Position numbers and translations under genes: made by a program. DNA of 63,749 nt, the filler included, from Octopus bimaculoides (Eukaryota), in NCBI RefSeq assembly GCF_001194135.2. It is 7 parts of 6 records of this genome, joined end to end, with 100 filler letters (N's around TTAATTAATTAA, not from the genome) between each part and the next. Parts side by side here need not be neighbours in the genome. Positions count along the whole stretch, not along the records: positions 1 to 23,741 come from NC_068983.1; 6 more parts are not named here. The stretch is one strand, 5' to 3'. Below, piece after piece: positions 1 to 16,206 of the stretch; positions within the stretch are counted from its first letter, which is position 1; every line of letters begins with the position of its first letter. The notes under the pieces were generated by a model. It saw only the letters and a program-made list of their open reading frames with translations. It did not search any database and had not been told where the DNA came from.

Positions 1-43
<43 letters not shown>

Positions 44-408
44 AGAGAGAGAGAGAGAGAGAGAGAGTGAGAGAGAGCAATTACATTCAATTTTTGTAAC
101 ATGCTAACAGATTTGTAGGATTCAAAACCAAGGTTGTAGAAACATCTGAAAATGGTCATTTGTGAAAGGTACAAGTTTTTTCTCTGCAGCAGTTTACCAA
201 CTAGGTTTGTATTTTTGGAATACTTATCACAATGCTATTCTATAGGTCAGCTTCACTTTACTCTGGGTCCAGATTCCAGATAGTCACATGACACAAGTAT
301 ATCAAACATGCAACATTACAACAATGAAAATATTATATTGGACAGTAATAAGAGACTTGCCTAGAATGTTTTCTACCACAGCCTCAGGTTGGGGTATTGT
401 AGCCTTAA

Positions 409-628
409 CCCTTTAGTGTTTAAACCGGCTGTATCCGGCCCAGATATTCTACACATTTTATGCTCAAACTGGCCAGAACCAGCCTCTCACACCTACCCTA
501 CAATGTCATTCTAAAAATAAGCAATTACATCTTTCCTATCTTGAAGCTACAAAATAATATCAGATAAATTTTTTTTAATGTGAATAAATAAGGATTACTT
601 TTGGCAAATTAATCTGAATGCTAAAGGG
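409..628. mobile_element. piggyBac-type MITE, copy 1
   Basis: TTAA(405-408)|CCCTTTAG...CTAAAGGG|TTAA(629-632): TTAA TSD plus CCC-start TIR; no ORF; homologous to 11749-11971. Confidence 0.85.
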
Positions 629-1269
629 TTAAGTAAGCCCACTTCATTTCATGAAGCACTTTACTCCAGGACACAACACACCACCTGGACTGAGAATTGA
701 ATCCACAACCTAATGATCATGAATCCAATGACGTTGTGTGTAGGCCTCACATCCTCACATGTAAGTGCATAGGTGTGCTAAAAACATGTCCATTTAATCA
801 GACCTTGCATTCTTATTTATTCATATCTTTCTTATAACCTGGTGGCCTAATTTGATATTTGTTGGTTAAAGAAAAAACTGAACAAATCTAATTATATGCT
901 CTCACACACAGACACACAAATGTACACATATCAACAGATAACTAATGAACGTGTAGAAAGAAGGTATCTATTTACATATGCATATTTATGAATGTTTACA
1001 ACATGATTATTCAAGAATGGATATTGTTTGACTGGCAGCAAGGCGTATAAAACTGTAAAGTTAGGTTAATATTTAGAATGAACCAGTGTACTGTTATTAT
1101 TGTAGATGTATGTATATCTAGTGAAAGAAATGTAGGTGGAGAAGTTCTTGGAATTACTGGACAAAGTACCTACTGAAATATAGTGTGGGCAGCTAGAAGA
1201 AAGAGAGGTAGCAGATAACTTTCAAGTGGAAAGAGTTAATTATAGCAGCAACTTTAATTCTTTTAGCAA

Positions 1270-1450
1270 CATGAGCCAACTTAATAGAAATAGCAGCCAG
1301 ACTGACTTCAAATTATACATATCTTAAAGACAAGGGATTCAGTGAACAATGTTGCCTAAGGCATAAAAACAAATGTTTGATAATGGGTCTTGCTTTACTA
1401 GGATAGACCTGAGGTTAAGTAACACATAGATTATAAATAGTATGAATTGA
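1270..1450 (+). mobile_element. SINE-like family E, 3' fragment (related copies ~2296-2475, ~9200-9400, ~19640-19782, and minus ~21560-21790, ~62040-62190)
   Basis: Shared blocks 'aatagcagcca..', 'ttgat(c/a)atgg' and 'gacct(g/a)(a/g)gg..taa..aaca' recur in these dispersed copies. Confidence 0.55.
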
Positions 1451-1689
1451 GCAATAGAAGTTTTAAAATACTGCAAACATGAATTAATGAAACCACTACA
1501 AATCACATTTAGAAACACACACACACACATATTTTTTTTATATACAATTCATGACTGAGACTGATGAAACTGTAAGGTGTAATGCAGGCACTCATCTTAT
1601 GAGCCCACATCTTAAGGCGTGTAAGCTAACGAAGTTCATAAGATAATCAGTTATTCCTTTACCATCTCTTTTCTAATGGATATCACAAA

Positions 1690-1905
1690 AATACTCCTGT
1701 ATCTCCTCAAGGCAAATATTATTTCAATTGAGAAGAATTGCAGAAAATTATCAACCAATATCTCATACACGTTTGATCTTGAAGATTTTTGAAAGAGGAC
1801 TCAGAAAGGCAAAAGAATAATTGAATTTAGTAGATAAACTCAGCAATAACCAACATGATCTCGAAAAAAAAAAAAAAGTAAAAGCATATCCCAACTATTA
1901 CAAGA
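1690..1905 (+). pseudogene. CR1/L2-like LINE reverse transcriptase fragment
   Basis: Translates AENYQPISHTRLILKIFERGLRK..*..LSNNQHDL...SISQLLQDY, matching the CR1-type RT pattern 'NYRPISLT...KvFERv...NQHGFR..RS..TQLL'; contains stops. Confidence 0.7.
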
Positions 1906-2078
1906 TTATTGATGCCGACCTTATGGCCAGTTGCTCTGCACTATCAAAGTCTTCTGGAATATAAAAATCTTTTACCTGAAAACAGATGAAGGTTAGCAGC
2001 AGTAAGAGCACCTGGCTGTAGAACCTTGCCTCAAATAACTCATCTAACCCAAACTGACATTAAATGAACAAATGATAT

Positions 2079-2110
<32 letters not shown>

Positions 2111-2120
2111 GTATATATAA

Positions 2121-2693
2121 GCGCAGTTGAGTGGTTAAGAAGTTCCCTTTGCAACCATGCAGTTTTCAGTTCAGTCCCACTGCATGGCACCTTGGGCAAG
2201 TGTCTTTAACTGCAGCCTTGGGTTGACCAATGCCTTGTGAGTGAATGGTAGTTGTGCAGAAGTCTGTTGTATGTATATAATATATGTATATACATAAGCC
2301 AACTTAGTGCAAATAGCAACCAAATCTACTTCAATTTATGTTGGGTCTTAAAACAAGAATGATTCATTGAACAATGTTGCCAAAGACATAAAACAAAATG
2401 TGATGGTCACAACATTAACATGTTTGATCATGGCTTGGCTTTACCAGGACTGACCTAGGGATAAACAACATTTGGAGTACAAATGATATAAATTGGGCAA
2501 CAGAAGTGTGTGTACGTTTGTTTGTTTGTTTGTTCCCACCACCCCAGCATCACTTCACAACCGGTGTTGTTTGCTGAGAGAATAAGTATCAGACATAAAA
2601 AAAAGTACTAGGGTCAATTTGTTTAACTAAAACTTCAAGGTGGTACTCCAGCATGGCTGTAGTCCAATGATTGAAACAAGTAAAAGAATAAAA

Positions 2694-2697
<4 letters not shown>
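2121..2697 (+). mobile_element. tRNA-derived SINE-A head (2121-2278) plus B tail (2530-2697), interrupted by a family E fragment
   Basis: A/B-box-like head 'gtggttaag...ttcagttcagtccc', core 'ggcaccttgggcaagtgtc', B tail 'gtactccagcatggc...gaaacaagtaaaagaataaaagaata'. Confidence 0.75.
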
Positions 2698-2736
<39 letters not shown>

Positions 2737-2771
2737 AACAATCACATATATATACATACACATGCACCTAC

Positions 2772-2804
<33 letters not shown>

Positions 2805-4299
2805 TATATAAAGAAAGAATTAAAAAGTTACTAAAAATGAACAGAGAAATTCAAAGGCTTGTTTTGGTTCAATGGTGAAACACCTTTCGTGTTTACAAAT
2901 GTGGGTTTGAGTTCCATGGGTAGCCCACAACTATTCCTAGCCAAAGGATTTTTTAAACCCAATATTTATGTGCTATCATTTATAGTTTCATTTGCTTTGA
3001 AGTCTACCATTCCAAAAAAAAAAAAAAAAACTGAAGGTTAGAAAGATCGAAGTATATTAAATAGAAGAAGTTCATCTTTCAAATGAGACACTGAAAGAGC
3101 TATAAAGAAGGCCAGCCAAAAATTTGGTTGGATACTAAGCATCTTTTGGTCAAGAAACCAAATCATAATTTTGACCTTGTACCAAAGCATGGCTGCCCCA
3201 TTTTTGAATACAACTCAATATTGATATTCCCCAACATGAGAGAGAGAGAGAGAGAAAGAGATATAGCAATTCTTGGAAATGTGAAAAGATTACTAACATT
3301 TAAAAGCTATTCCTTTGAAGGCAAAGATTATTGGAAGCAATTGAAAGAGCTGAAGATCTGATAGACAGAATTAAGAAGAGATATGTATAGAGAATCCTGT
3401 AAAACTTGGAACTGAATATGAAGCAAAAACAGAAAACCCATGATTCCCTACAATGATGAGTGAAAAGGGAAACTTTGCAGAATTTTCCAACTGAACAACA
3501 GTTGTTCAAAAATTACATAGACCCCCTGCAAAAGAAAAAATCATCCAAATCAGAGATCCCAAAATCTTGCCAAAAGAAATCAGAAATCTTGAGAACATTC
3601 ATTTAATACATTACAGAAAGTGAGATTTGACAAATAATTCAAAATTATTCCAGATTTACCCACTGCTGCTGATTGATTTTGCACAATTCCAAGCTAAAAA
3701 CTTTGAAAATTGCAAAGAGATATACAAAATCAAAGCTTTCAAAGATTTAACTAGAAGTTAACCTTTTAACTGTGAAATTAAATTTCATGGTTATTCCTGT
3801 AATGATGTTTAATATCTTCCAAAAAAATAGAACTGGTATTTTCTGCAAGTCACGTTGCCTCAACAAACTTGACATAACTCAACAAAATTAGTTTCAAACA
3901 TAACATAACATTCCTCAACAAAGAGACTGGTATATAAAACTCCTTTCTGTAGTTAAGGGTAATAAATTTTTAAGTGGATATATCTGAATTCTGCAGTAAA
4001 ATGGTTAAAAAGTCCAAAGTTAAAAAAAAAAAAAATTCTGATTTGACTACTTTGGGTGAAGTTCATCCATTACCTAGCTTACCTTTGAATATTTCCCACA
4101 AGCAACTCAAATTTTTTTTTCTTTTCATCAGCATAGTCATTTATGATTTATGCATTATAGTGAAGTTTAGCTCTCATGTTTGTAGGAAGACAGCAGATGG
4201 AGACTAAATAATGAGCAGTATTATCATTAATGGCAGTACAATTTTTTTCTTCCACTGGTTTCAAATTGGTTCACTGTTTACAAGGGTATTTGTACCACT

Positions 4300-4853
4300 T
4301 TGTTCATTTTCACATCCATTTTTCCATGGTGGTATGAGATAAACAAGTATATTACAGTTAGATGCTCTCCCTGTTGCTAACTCTTACCTGTTTTTTTAAA
4401 CACACAACATACATACTCTATCAGTATATTTAGAGAGCTAAATCATCACTATTATTTATCTACTTTCCATGCATTGCATGAATCAGATGAAATTTTGTCG
4501 AGGCAGATTTTGTATAGGCAGAATGCTCTTCCTGTTGCCAATCTCATCTGTTTCCAGGTAAGGTAATATTCCCCATTTTATAATGGAAAACTAGAAACAA
4601 ACAACATTGCTTGTATGACGGTGATGGTTGTTTGCAACCATCACATAATGTCAAGACAAGACATACTCACACACACACACATACATGCGTGACAGGCTTC
4701 TTCTAGATTCCATCTATCAAATCCACCCTCAAGGCTTTGGTCAGCTCAAAGCTATAGTAGCAGATACTTGTCCGAGATGCCACGTAGTGGCCTGACCTGA
4801 GACCACATGGATAGGTAGCAAAGCTCCTAAACTATATAGCCATACATGCACCT
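4300..4853 (-). mobile_element. Composite SINE: A head, CA microsatellite, H module, D-type tail
   Basis: Reverse complement of the SINE-A head at 4689-4853; 'gctcttcctgttgccaatctcatctgtttccaggtaaggtaat' module; degraded 'catccatttttccatg' tail. Confidence 0.6.
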
Positions 4854-5499
4854 ATATATAAAAATGACAAGCTTTTTTTTTCAATTTCTGACAACCAAAT
4901 CCACTCAAAAGGTTTTGGCCACCCCAAAATAAGCACGTGACCACGCTAGCATGCAATTGTACTGAAACCAGAATATCAACTCTTCTCAGCTGAACAGAGT
5001 CTTACGTCAATTAGGCTGATGAGGTTTTAATATGACTGAAATATGCCCATACTGGTCCCTTTTTATTAAAAAAAGAAATTCGCTTTTCCTCTAAACATGT
5101 AAATAAATTTTGTGAAATTATTAATTCCTTGAAATTATCTCATTGATTTTTCTTTTTTTAGTGTCAGTAATAATTACTGTTAGGTTTTTGTTTTCTTTCT
5201 CCACTTAAGAGGAAAATTCCAGTCATTTAGTACAATTCTCTTTCAGTTAATGCTATTTATTAACTAGAGCTACACATACAATACACACACACATTCTCTC
5301 TTTCTCTAATGCAAGTCTGTATACACATACATTCTGATACAGACACTCACACTTGTAGACACACGTACATACATGCACATACGCATACCAAAAGTGGTAC
5401 TCCAGCTTGGCCTTAGCAACGATGTCAAAAACATTAAAATGAACCGAAAAACATATTCACCTATGCAAACATAACACACACACACACATGAATGTATGC

Positions 5500-8360
<2,861 letters not shown>

Positions 8361-9436
8361 AGCTTCGTGAGAACATTTTTATATTGAATCGGTTGAGGAT
8401 TTTTTTTCTCCTCTCGCCGAAACGGCAGTTTTGGCAAGGAGGACAGCGGTGGAGAAAAATCTAACGAAAGCAACAAACAATAAAAACTAATGGCAATAAT
8501 AATAACAACAACGATGATGATGATGAAGACAAAAACAAAAAAAAACAGGGGATGTTGAAAAAGAAGGGCAGGAAAGAAGGGATGGCAGTCCGTGTAGCGC
8601 CGTGTATTGTAAGAATCATTGGAGGAGTCACGATTGAAGTGTGGCGAAGCTGAGAGAATTGTCACGAATCTATAAGACTGGAACGACATTAGAGTTAGTA
8701 AAAATACACACAAATAAAAATCTGAAATGCTGACGGTATTTTATAGTTGTTGTTTTTGTGGTAGCGGGTAGTGGTTGTGGTGACGATAACAAAGTAGAGA
8801 GAGAGAGGCAGAAGTACACTTCAACATCAAGATGTTAAACAATTCCAATGTGAGAAGGAGAATCCCTTCCCCCCCGTTACAAATCCAGTTCTCCTCTCCA
8901 CACATACACATATAGACACATACTGCGTCTGTCTAATGCAACAATATTGGTAACTAGCGATGAGGTTCACTAGAAGAAATGATTTTTGTTTTTTTCCAAT
9001 AGCAAAATAAACTGTGGACCATTAAGATTTAATAAGCATTCAGGTGGTTGGCTGGTTGGTGATGCATAAACTGAACCTAAAAGATTATTATAAAGCCAAG
9101 AATGGACAGTACTCGCAAGTAATACTTAGCCAATACAAGATTAACTTGCCTCCTGTCCAAGCAACACCACTTATTTGTTTTACTGGGTGAATAGGGGAAT
9201 CTCCACATTGTTTGCCAAAAAGTCAGCCAATTTTTTCTTTAAATCACACCTCATTTTGAAAAAAAGATCAGTTAAAAAAAGAACATACTAATGATGTAAT
9301 CATAAATACACGAGTTCTTATGGTAGAATAGTCACAGCTAAAATGCCTTTGACCACAGAAATGCTTGTATAAGCCTGAGTTGTGGGGGAATAAAAACCAC
9401 GTTTTATTTTAGACATTCTTCTTTCCTCTTCCACAG

Positions 9437-9642
9437 CAAATGACAAGACTTCAAATATTAGATTCTACAATAACCCCTTCATTTCAAATGAAATATCAAA
9501 CCAGCCAGCTTTTCCTCTATCACTACCAGCACTGCATTCGGGATCAGATTCTGGCATTATAGACACCCAAGCAAAGCAATACACTAGGGTCTCTATAGAA
9601 CCACAGCATATACAAATTAAAAATGGGCCCCTACATCCATGA
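9437..9642 (+). CDS. Candidate terminal coding exon, product unknown (xNDKTSNIRFYNNPFISNEISNQPAFPLSLPALHSGSDSGIIDTQAKQYTRVSIEPQHIQIKNGPLHP*)
   Basis: Good acceptor 'ttcttctttcctcttccacag|' then 67 open codons to TGA at 9640-9642; no recognisable domain and no confirmed upstream exon. Confidence 0.2.
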
Positions 9643-10174
9643 GAACCATATGCAACTGGCCAGTCTGTCCATGCCTTAAGGTAGCACTGACTGCACTGAA
9701 TCTGTGACCGAGAACAATTAGCTCTCAATAGCTGAAATTTCTTCAAATTAAACCATCATTCTCTAGTTCTGTGTCAGCTCAGATAGAGCAGACCAATGAT
9801 GAAAAAAAAAAAAAAAAATGGTTCCACCTGTGATCATCCTGTCTTTTATTGAGGCAAACTGTATCTCAGAGTATCATGCCAAGAAAAATCATGGAAGCTG
9901 AAAGCATTCCTTATCAATGCATTCAAAATCCAGGACTTGACAAATACCTCAAAATGATTCATGATTTACCTATGGTTGACGATTATGCACAATTTTGAAC
10001 TGAACAATCTAATTCACTGTTACAGATGATTCCAAACTTTAGAAAGGATAGACTTAGTCTGAGCTTTGGAAAATTCTAATAGCTATTGCAAATTCCAAAG
10101 AAATGAAGTAAAAGAAATTATTCAATGTAGATATCTTACATTTTTTTAAAGCAGGAGCAGGTAATTTAAGAACT

Positions 10175-10510
10175 GGAGTAATGTTACTCGATATGGTGCA
10201 TAACCTAGAGATCGGAGAGTCTCTCCAGGTAGAGCCACTGCTTCTCTGCATAGAGAAGACACAGCTCTGGTACTAGAGACATGATTCAAATGTCGCAGGA
10301 AAGAATCACAAGATGGATTCTTCAAGCCAAGCCAACCAGCAGAAGACCTGAGGATAGACCAAGAATGAGATGGTTGGATAATATCCATGGTCTCAGTTGG
10401 TCATGCTTGGAATCAGCTGAAAGTGTAATGATGGTTGTTTCTGATAGGACCCTATGGAGAGCACTCTACCTCCATGACTCTCCCAGGAATAGTGAGTGAA
10501 GATGGAAGGG
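10175..10510 (+). pseudogene. RTE-clade LINE 3' fragment
   Basis: GVMLLDMVHNLEIGESLQVEPLLLCIEK...MSQERITRWILQAKPTSRRPEDRPRMRWLDNI matches the RTE C-terminal 'RMs.eR.p..il...p.GrRprGRPr.RW.D' motif. Confidence 0.8.
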
Positions 10511-10895
10511 CAGATGTAGCTATTTCTAGCAGGCCAAGCAACCACAAAGGGGCTTTCTCTTCAGCTTGCCTCATTCAAAGTAGTAGATGTGGTGAGTGAT
10601 ATAGTTTCCCATTAGAAGCAGAAATAGTATTTATCACTCATTTACTTTAACACTTCAAAAACCATAAAAAAAAACACCAATCCCATGGAATTTTGGCAAT
10701 TTACAAACAGAATAGTGACTTCTTTCTCTTTCTCAGAGAGGGGTGGGGGGAGAAGTTAGGAGGGAGACGGGAATGGGAGGGGAGGGAAGAAGGAAGTAGG
10801 TATAGAGAGAGAGAGAGAGAGTGTGTATGTGTGTGGATGCATGTGGGCATGTGCATGACTTTACATTTTGCATGTCTTTGCTTGATACTGTTTCA

Positions 10896-11108
10896 CCCTT
10901 TAGCATTCAGATTACTCCGTCAAATGTAATGCTTATTTATTCACATTGTTCTGAATTAATCATGTATTATCTTGTAGCCTCGAGATTTCAATGTTGCAGT
11001 TGTTTACTATAAGAATGACACTGTAGGGTTGATGTGAGAGACTAGATCTGACCAGTTTTTGACACAAAACAGGCAGAATATTTAGGTCACACATGGCCAG
11101 TTTAAACA
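10896..11108. mobile_element. piggyBac-type MITE, inverted degenerate copy
   Basis: Starts 'ccctttagcattcagatt'; body is the reverse complement of 409-628; distal TIR eroded. Confidence 0.7.
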
Positions 11109-11748
11109 GTGTGGTCATATTAAAGTTTCCAAAAAGCAGCAACCTATCCTGTTGGAACTGCTTCTTGTGAGGACATAGAATAAAAAATCCCTTTAATAAA
11201 CAGATAACAATTGATCTCAAGTGACAGGAAGGGTATCTAGCCATGGAAAAATTGGCCTCAACAGATTCCACCTGACCCATGCAAGCATGGCAAAGTGGAT
11301 GTTAAATGATGGTGATAATACCTTGAAACAGTTTTGTATCAAAGAAGCATCAATATCAAAAGAGTTAAGCAATGGTTGAACCACACCTTAAAGTCATAAA
11401 TTTCCATCTCTGAAACACTTTTTTTTTTAGCTTTTAGAACTTTCAGAAGTTTATTATTTTATTACTTCATTATATTAAACTTCCACAAGGCCATAAATCT
11501 ATGTTGCAGCAGCACTTACCTTGAGGGTACTTTAAACAGTACCCCAGTCACCTCAATATGTCATAGCACTCTAGCTTAATACTGGTCTCATTTAATCTGA
11601 GATTACAATCTACTGTAAGGACCGGAATACTACAACTTTCACACAGAAAATTCATTTGGAAACAATACTGAATACAAGATTACTCATACACACAGAGTGA
11701 GGCCAATACTTTTTCCATCAAATGTAAAATACTTGCAGTTCTCTATAA

Positions 11749-11971
11749 CCCTTTAGCATTTAAACCAGCCATATTCAGCCCCCAAATATTTTATCTGTTT
11801 TATGTTCAAGCCAACCAGATCTGACCTCTCACACCTACCCTACAATGTCATTTTAAAAATGAAACAGTCACATCATTGATCTCTCAAAGCTACATGATAA
11901 TGCATGATTAATTTAAAATAATGTGAATAAATAAGCTTTACATTTGACAGAAAAATCTGAATGCTAAAGGG
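11749..11971. mobile_element. piggyBac-type MITE, copy 2
   Basis: ataa|CCCTTTAGCATT...AATGCTAAAGGG|TTAA; 12-bp perfect TIR. Confidence 0.85.
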
Positions 11972-12249
11972 TTAAATTACACAGAAAAATATAAACCCAA
12001 GCTGTTGGAAAACAAATATGAATGCACACCACACCCTTAAGAAAATCTAAATCCAAGAAATTAACAATAATTAACAGACCATAAAATGTTTCTACTATAA
12101 CTAAGATATTTTTGTGTTCCCTGCTGCACAATTTTCACCCCAAACACTAACCTGCAGAATTTAAAACTTACAAACAAACAGAACAGTAAGGGTATTAAGC
12201 TAATCAGTTTTGGAGGTCCTGGAAATGTCACAGGTATCGCTTCTTTCCC

Positions 12250-12285
<36 letters not shown>

Positions 12286-12375
12286 GTTTAACGTCTGCTT
12301 TCCATGCTAGCATGGGTTGGACGATTTGACTGAGGACTGGCGAACCAGGTGNNNNNNNNNNNNNNNNNNNNNNNN

Positions 12376-13273
12376 GCTTTTCTTTTCTGTCACGTCTCAC
12401 GAATGTACCTTTTTGGGGACTGAATAGTGACTGGTGATGAGAAATGGATTCTCTATAAAAATGTCAAACGCTGAAGAGAGTGGGTAGGGAAAAGAGAAAC
12501 ACTGGCACCCCAGTTTAAAGAAGTTCTTCACACACATAAGGCGTTGTTATCTGATTGGTGGGATATAACAGGTTTAGTCCACTTTGAACTTTTAAACCCA
12601 AACCAAATGATAACAAAGGAGGTCTATTGTGAACAGCTTGACCGGCTTAAGTCAGCACTAGAAGAAAATCCAACTATCTTTGGTTTCAAGATGAAAGGGG
12701 TTCTTCCATCAGGATAATGCTCAGCCACATACAGCGAGGANNNNNNNNNNAGCATGGGTTGGACGATTTGACTGAGGACTGGCGAACCAGGTGGCTATGC
12801 ACAGAGAGTGAATGCGTGCTTTTCTTTTCTGTCACGTCTCACGAATGTACCTTTTTGGGGACTGAATAGTGACTGGTGATGAGAAATGGATTCTCTATAA
12901 AAATTGTCAAACGCTGAAGAGAGTGGGTAGGGAAAAGAGAAACACTGGCACCCCAGTTTAAAGAAGTTCTTCACACACNNNNNNNNNNCCGGACATTGCC
13001 CCATCTGATTATCATTTATTACGCAGTCTTCAAAATCATTTGGGCGGAAAAAATATGAATTTTCTGTAAACGATGACAGAACAGTACTGGAGGAGTATTT
13101 TTCATCACGGACAAGTGAATTTTGGAAGAGGGGCCTTGCAAGTTTAATAGATAAATAGCAGAGTATTAAGGAGAGTATATTTTAGATTAAAAAAGAACTT
13201 TGTTTATCTTAATTTTGAAAAATAAAAGAAGTATAAAAAAAAAAAACCGCATTATTTATGGGATGACTCAATA
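12376..13273 (+). pseudogene. mariner (DD34D) transposase relic, 3' half with terminal inverted repeat
   Basis: IVTGDEKWILYKNVKR, WWDITGLVHFELL, FHQDNAQPHTA, PDIAPSDYHLLRSLQNHL; ends 'cgcattatttatgggatgactcaata|ta'. The part at 12805-12978 duplicates 12376 onward between N gaps. Confidence 0.9.
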
Positions 13274-13979
13274 TAATTAATATTCATCTCTGAAACTCTC
13301 TTTCTAGTTCTTTGTTTATTACTAGATTTCAGATAACAGTTGTTTGGTTCACCAAAACTTCCCAGAGTGAGTCATATTGATTTACATGGTTTACTTTCCA
13401 TCACCAGCCTGAAGCCTAAGCTACCCCCAATCCAATTATTTGCAATAATGGACCATTCTCATGTAAGTTAAAAACAAAAACAAGTTTACAAACATTTTGA
13501 GTCTGCCCAAAAGTATCGCTTTATACCATGCTAGTATGGAAAAAATGGAAGTAAAACAATCAAATTCCATTTTTTTTTTTTTGCCAACTTATTAAAATAT
13601 GTTAAGATAAAATAAATCTGGAGTTTAGATTTAAAGTAATATTTTATTGTTTTTTGTTTTTTTTTGGCTTGGCAAAGCACTTAAACTGTACATGTCTCAT
13701 TTCATTTGTCAACAGTACAATGTTTTTAAAGAAGTGGTGAAGAAGTAGAGTGGCATTCTATCTAAAAGGGCAGTTCAGTTTTCATTTGCTAAACAACAGA
13801 GATATGAATAGTGGCCATATATGTTACAGGAAAGAGAAGAACGTACTTACACTCTGCTACAGTAATAATAATGTTTCCAATTCCAACAGTATATTACTCT
13901 GAACTGAGCTTTTTATAAAATATCAAGATGAAGAAAATCCTTAACAATTTATGCCTTGTTAAATATATCAAGAAACCTG

Positions 13980-14280
13980 TGATTGTGTGATTAAGTAGTT
14001 TGCTGCAAAACTATGCAGTTTCAGGTTCAGTCCCAGTGCACAAGATCTCAGGCAAATGTCTTCTACCATAGACTCAAGCTGACCAATGCCTTGTGAGTAA
14101 ATTTATTAAGAAATGGAAACTGCACAGAAACCTGTTGTGTGTGTTTGTGTATGTCTTACTGCTTGGCAACTAGTATTGGTTTGTTAACATTGTCAACACT
14201 TAGTAGTTCAGCATAAAGAGACCAATAAAGTACCAGGGCTTATGTACTGAGGTTGATTTCATTGATTATACTAAGTATGA
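13980..14280 (+). mobile_element. SINE-A plus B, degenerate
   Basis: 'ttcaggttcagtccc...ggcaaatgtcttctac...ggaaactg' followed by a B-module remnant. Confidence 0.65.
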
Positions 14281-15174
14281 GCAACTTTTTTTTACAAGAA
14301 GTGAGCTACATGAGACATGACTCATCATCAAATGAGTTGCACTATTATAAAAGTTCAAAGTAATTTTTCAAAAGGCACGCCTTTCAGAAAGTGTTGCAGG
14401 CTACAGTTTGCCCATGACTGGACTAAACCTAAAGCAATACCCTTGCATGGCCATAGTCTAATGATTGAAACAAGTAAAAAAACATTAATTGTGTTAAAAC
14501 TGGTGCTAAGAAGGAGTAAGTATCAAATATAATATGAAACCTAATGTTTTCCTTATTTCTTTTCTCTGCACCAACTTATCATCATCATTAGATTTGCCAT
14601 CATTTTGATAGCAACCATTTTTAAACGTACACTATGACAAGTTTGCCTGGATGAATGCAAAAAAAAAAAAGAAAAAAAAATTATGCACAGTGCACAAAAT
14701 AGGTCAACTTGATTACATACTGGGTGTGGTAGCATCATTTTTTTGTTTTGTTTGTTTTTTGTGCACTGATTTATATAGTATAGGCAAAGAGAATGATTTT
14801 ACAGTTCACTGGTGAAAGGAAATGTTTATTTTTGTTTTAATTCAACATAAGCAGCAGAATTATGACCATATATGTGTGTGTGTGTATTTAGTGACATTTG
14901 TCAAACACTATCAGTGTGTGTGTGTGTGTGTGTGAAAATTAAAAGCAAAGTTTACAACTGCTGTTATTGTTCTTTCCATAAGTTCTATGGCAACCATTAA
15001 CATGGTGGCTAGTGCAGCAGGGTGGCAATAGGTTCTTGGTAGTCAGAGTCCACAACAGGAATTGCATAATTAGAGTACCACATTATTTATATTGTTTATG
15101 CTACCTAAGGTCATGAATGTTTGGTAATGACCAAAAAGAGTACAACCACAATTACAAGCAGCCAAAATGGGGCT

Positions 15175-15530
15175 CCTCTGAAGGATCTCTGGAACAACAT
15201 TCCTTGACAAGGTGCACAGCTCAGAGATCAGGGAGTCTCTCCAGGTCAAGCTACTACTTCCCCACATCGAGAGGTCACAGCTCTGGTACTACAGAAATGT
15301 GATTAGAATGTCATAGGAAAGAATCACAAGACAAATTCTTCAAGCCAATCCATCCAACAGGAAATGTAGAGGTAGACCAAGAATGAGATGGTTGGATAAT
15401 ATCCATATTCTAAGTTGGTTGCACCTGGGAATCCAGCCAAAAAGTGTAATGACAGTTGCTTTTGATAGGACCCTATGGAGGACCCTACCCCTAGAACCCT
15501 CCCGTGAATAGTAGTGGAGAAGCTGGATGG
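15175..15530 (+). pseudogene. RTE-clade LINE 3' fragment, same subfamily as 10175-10510
   Basis: Shares 'gagtctctccaggt', 'cacagctctggtacta', 'agaccaagaatgagatggttggataatatccat' and 'gataggaccctatggag' with the 10-kb copy. Confidence 0.8.
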
Positions 15531-16206
15531 ATGCCATTGCAAAAAACATTAACAATGATTCAGACATGTACAAACTGACAAAGTAAAGAATAACTAAGGT
15601 AGTAATTAAGGAAGAGTAATCAAAAAAGTTTTTGGCCTACAACAGTGCTTATATATATATATCATCGTTCGTTTAACGTCCGCTTTCCATGCTAGCATGG
15701 GTTGGACGACTTGACTGAGGACTGGTGAAACCGGATGGCAACACCAGGCTCCAAACACATAACATGCATACAGGCATATATACATGGGCATACATATGCA
15801 TGCATGTATACACATATGTATGTGCATCTATCCATACATGCATACATATATATACACACATTCATACATCTATATATAAATGGATGCATGTATCTATGTA
15901 TATCTGCCTTGTGAGCAGATCTGGCCGATGGAAACTGAAAGAAGACCATTGTATATTCTTATATCTATGTGTACAGATAAAGACATTGCAGATAGTTCCT
16001 TTCCATGAACTGTCCACCATTTCTTCCCTTCCAAAGATGAGGAGAGAAACTCCCTTATTTGAAAAAAAAAAAAAAACAGTTAGCAGCTTGTAATAGGAAG
16101 TGTATCTAGTAAAACAATGTGTCAGTAACATGTAGTCATCTACCCCATGCTAGCAAGGAAAAACAGATGCAAAACAAATGAGAATGAATAGAACTCAACT
16201 AAGCAT

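Noticed and set aside
12300-12990. Apparent tandem duplication of a SINE-D/mariner junction
   Set aside because: Near-identical copies bounded by short N gaps; most likely an allelic or overlap assembly artefact.
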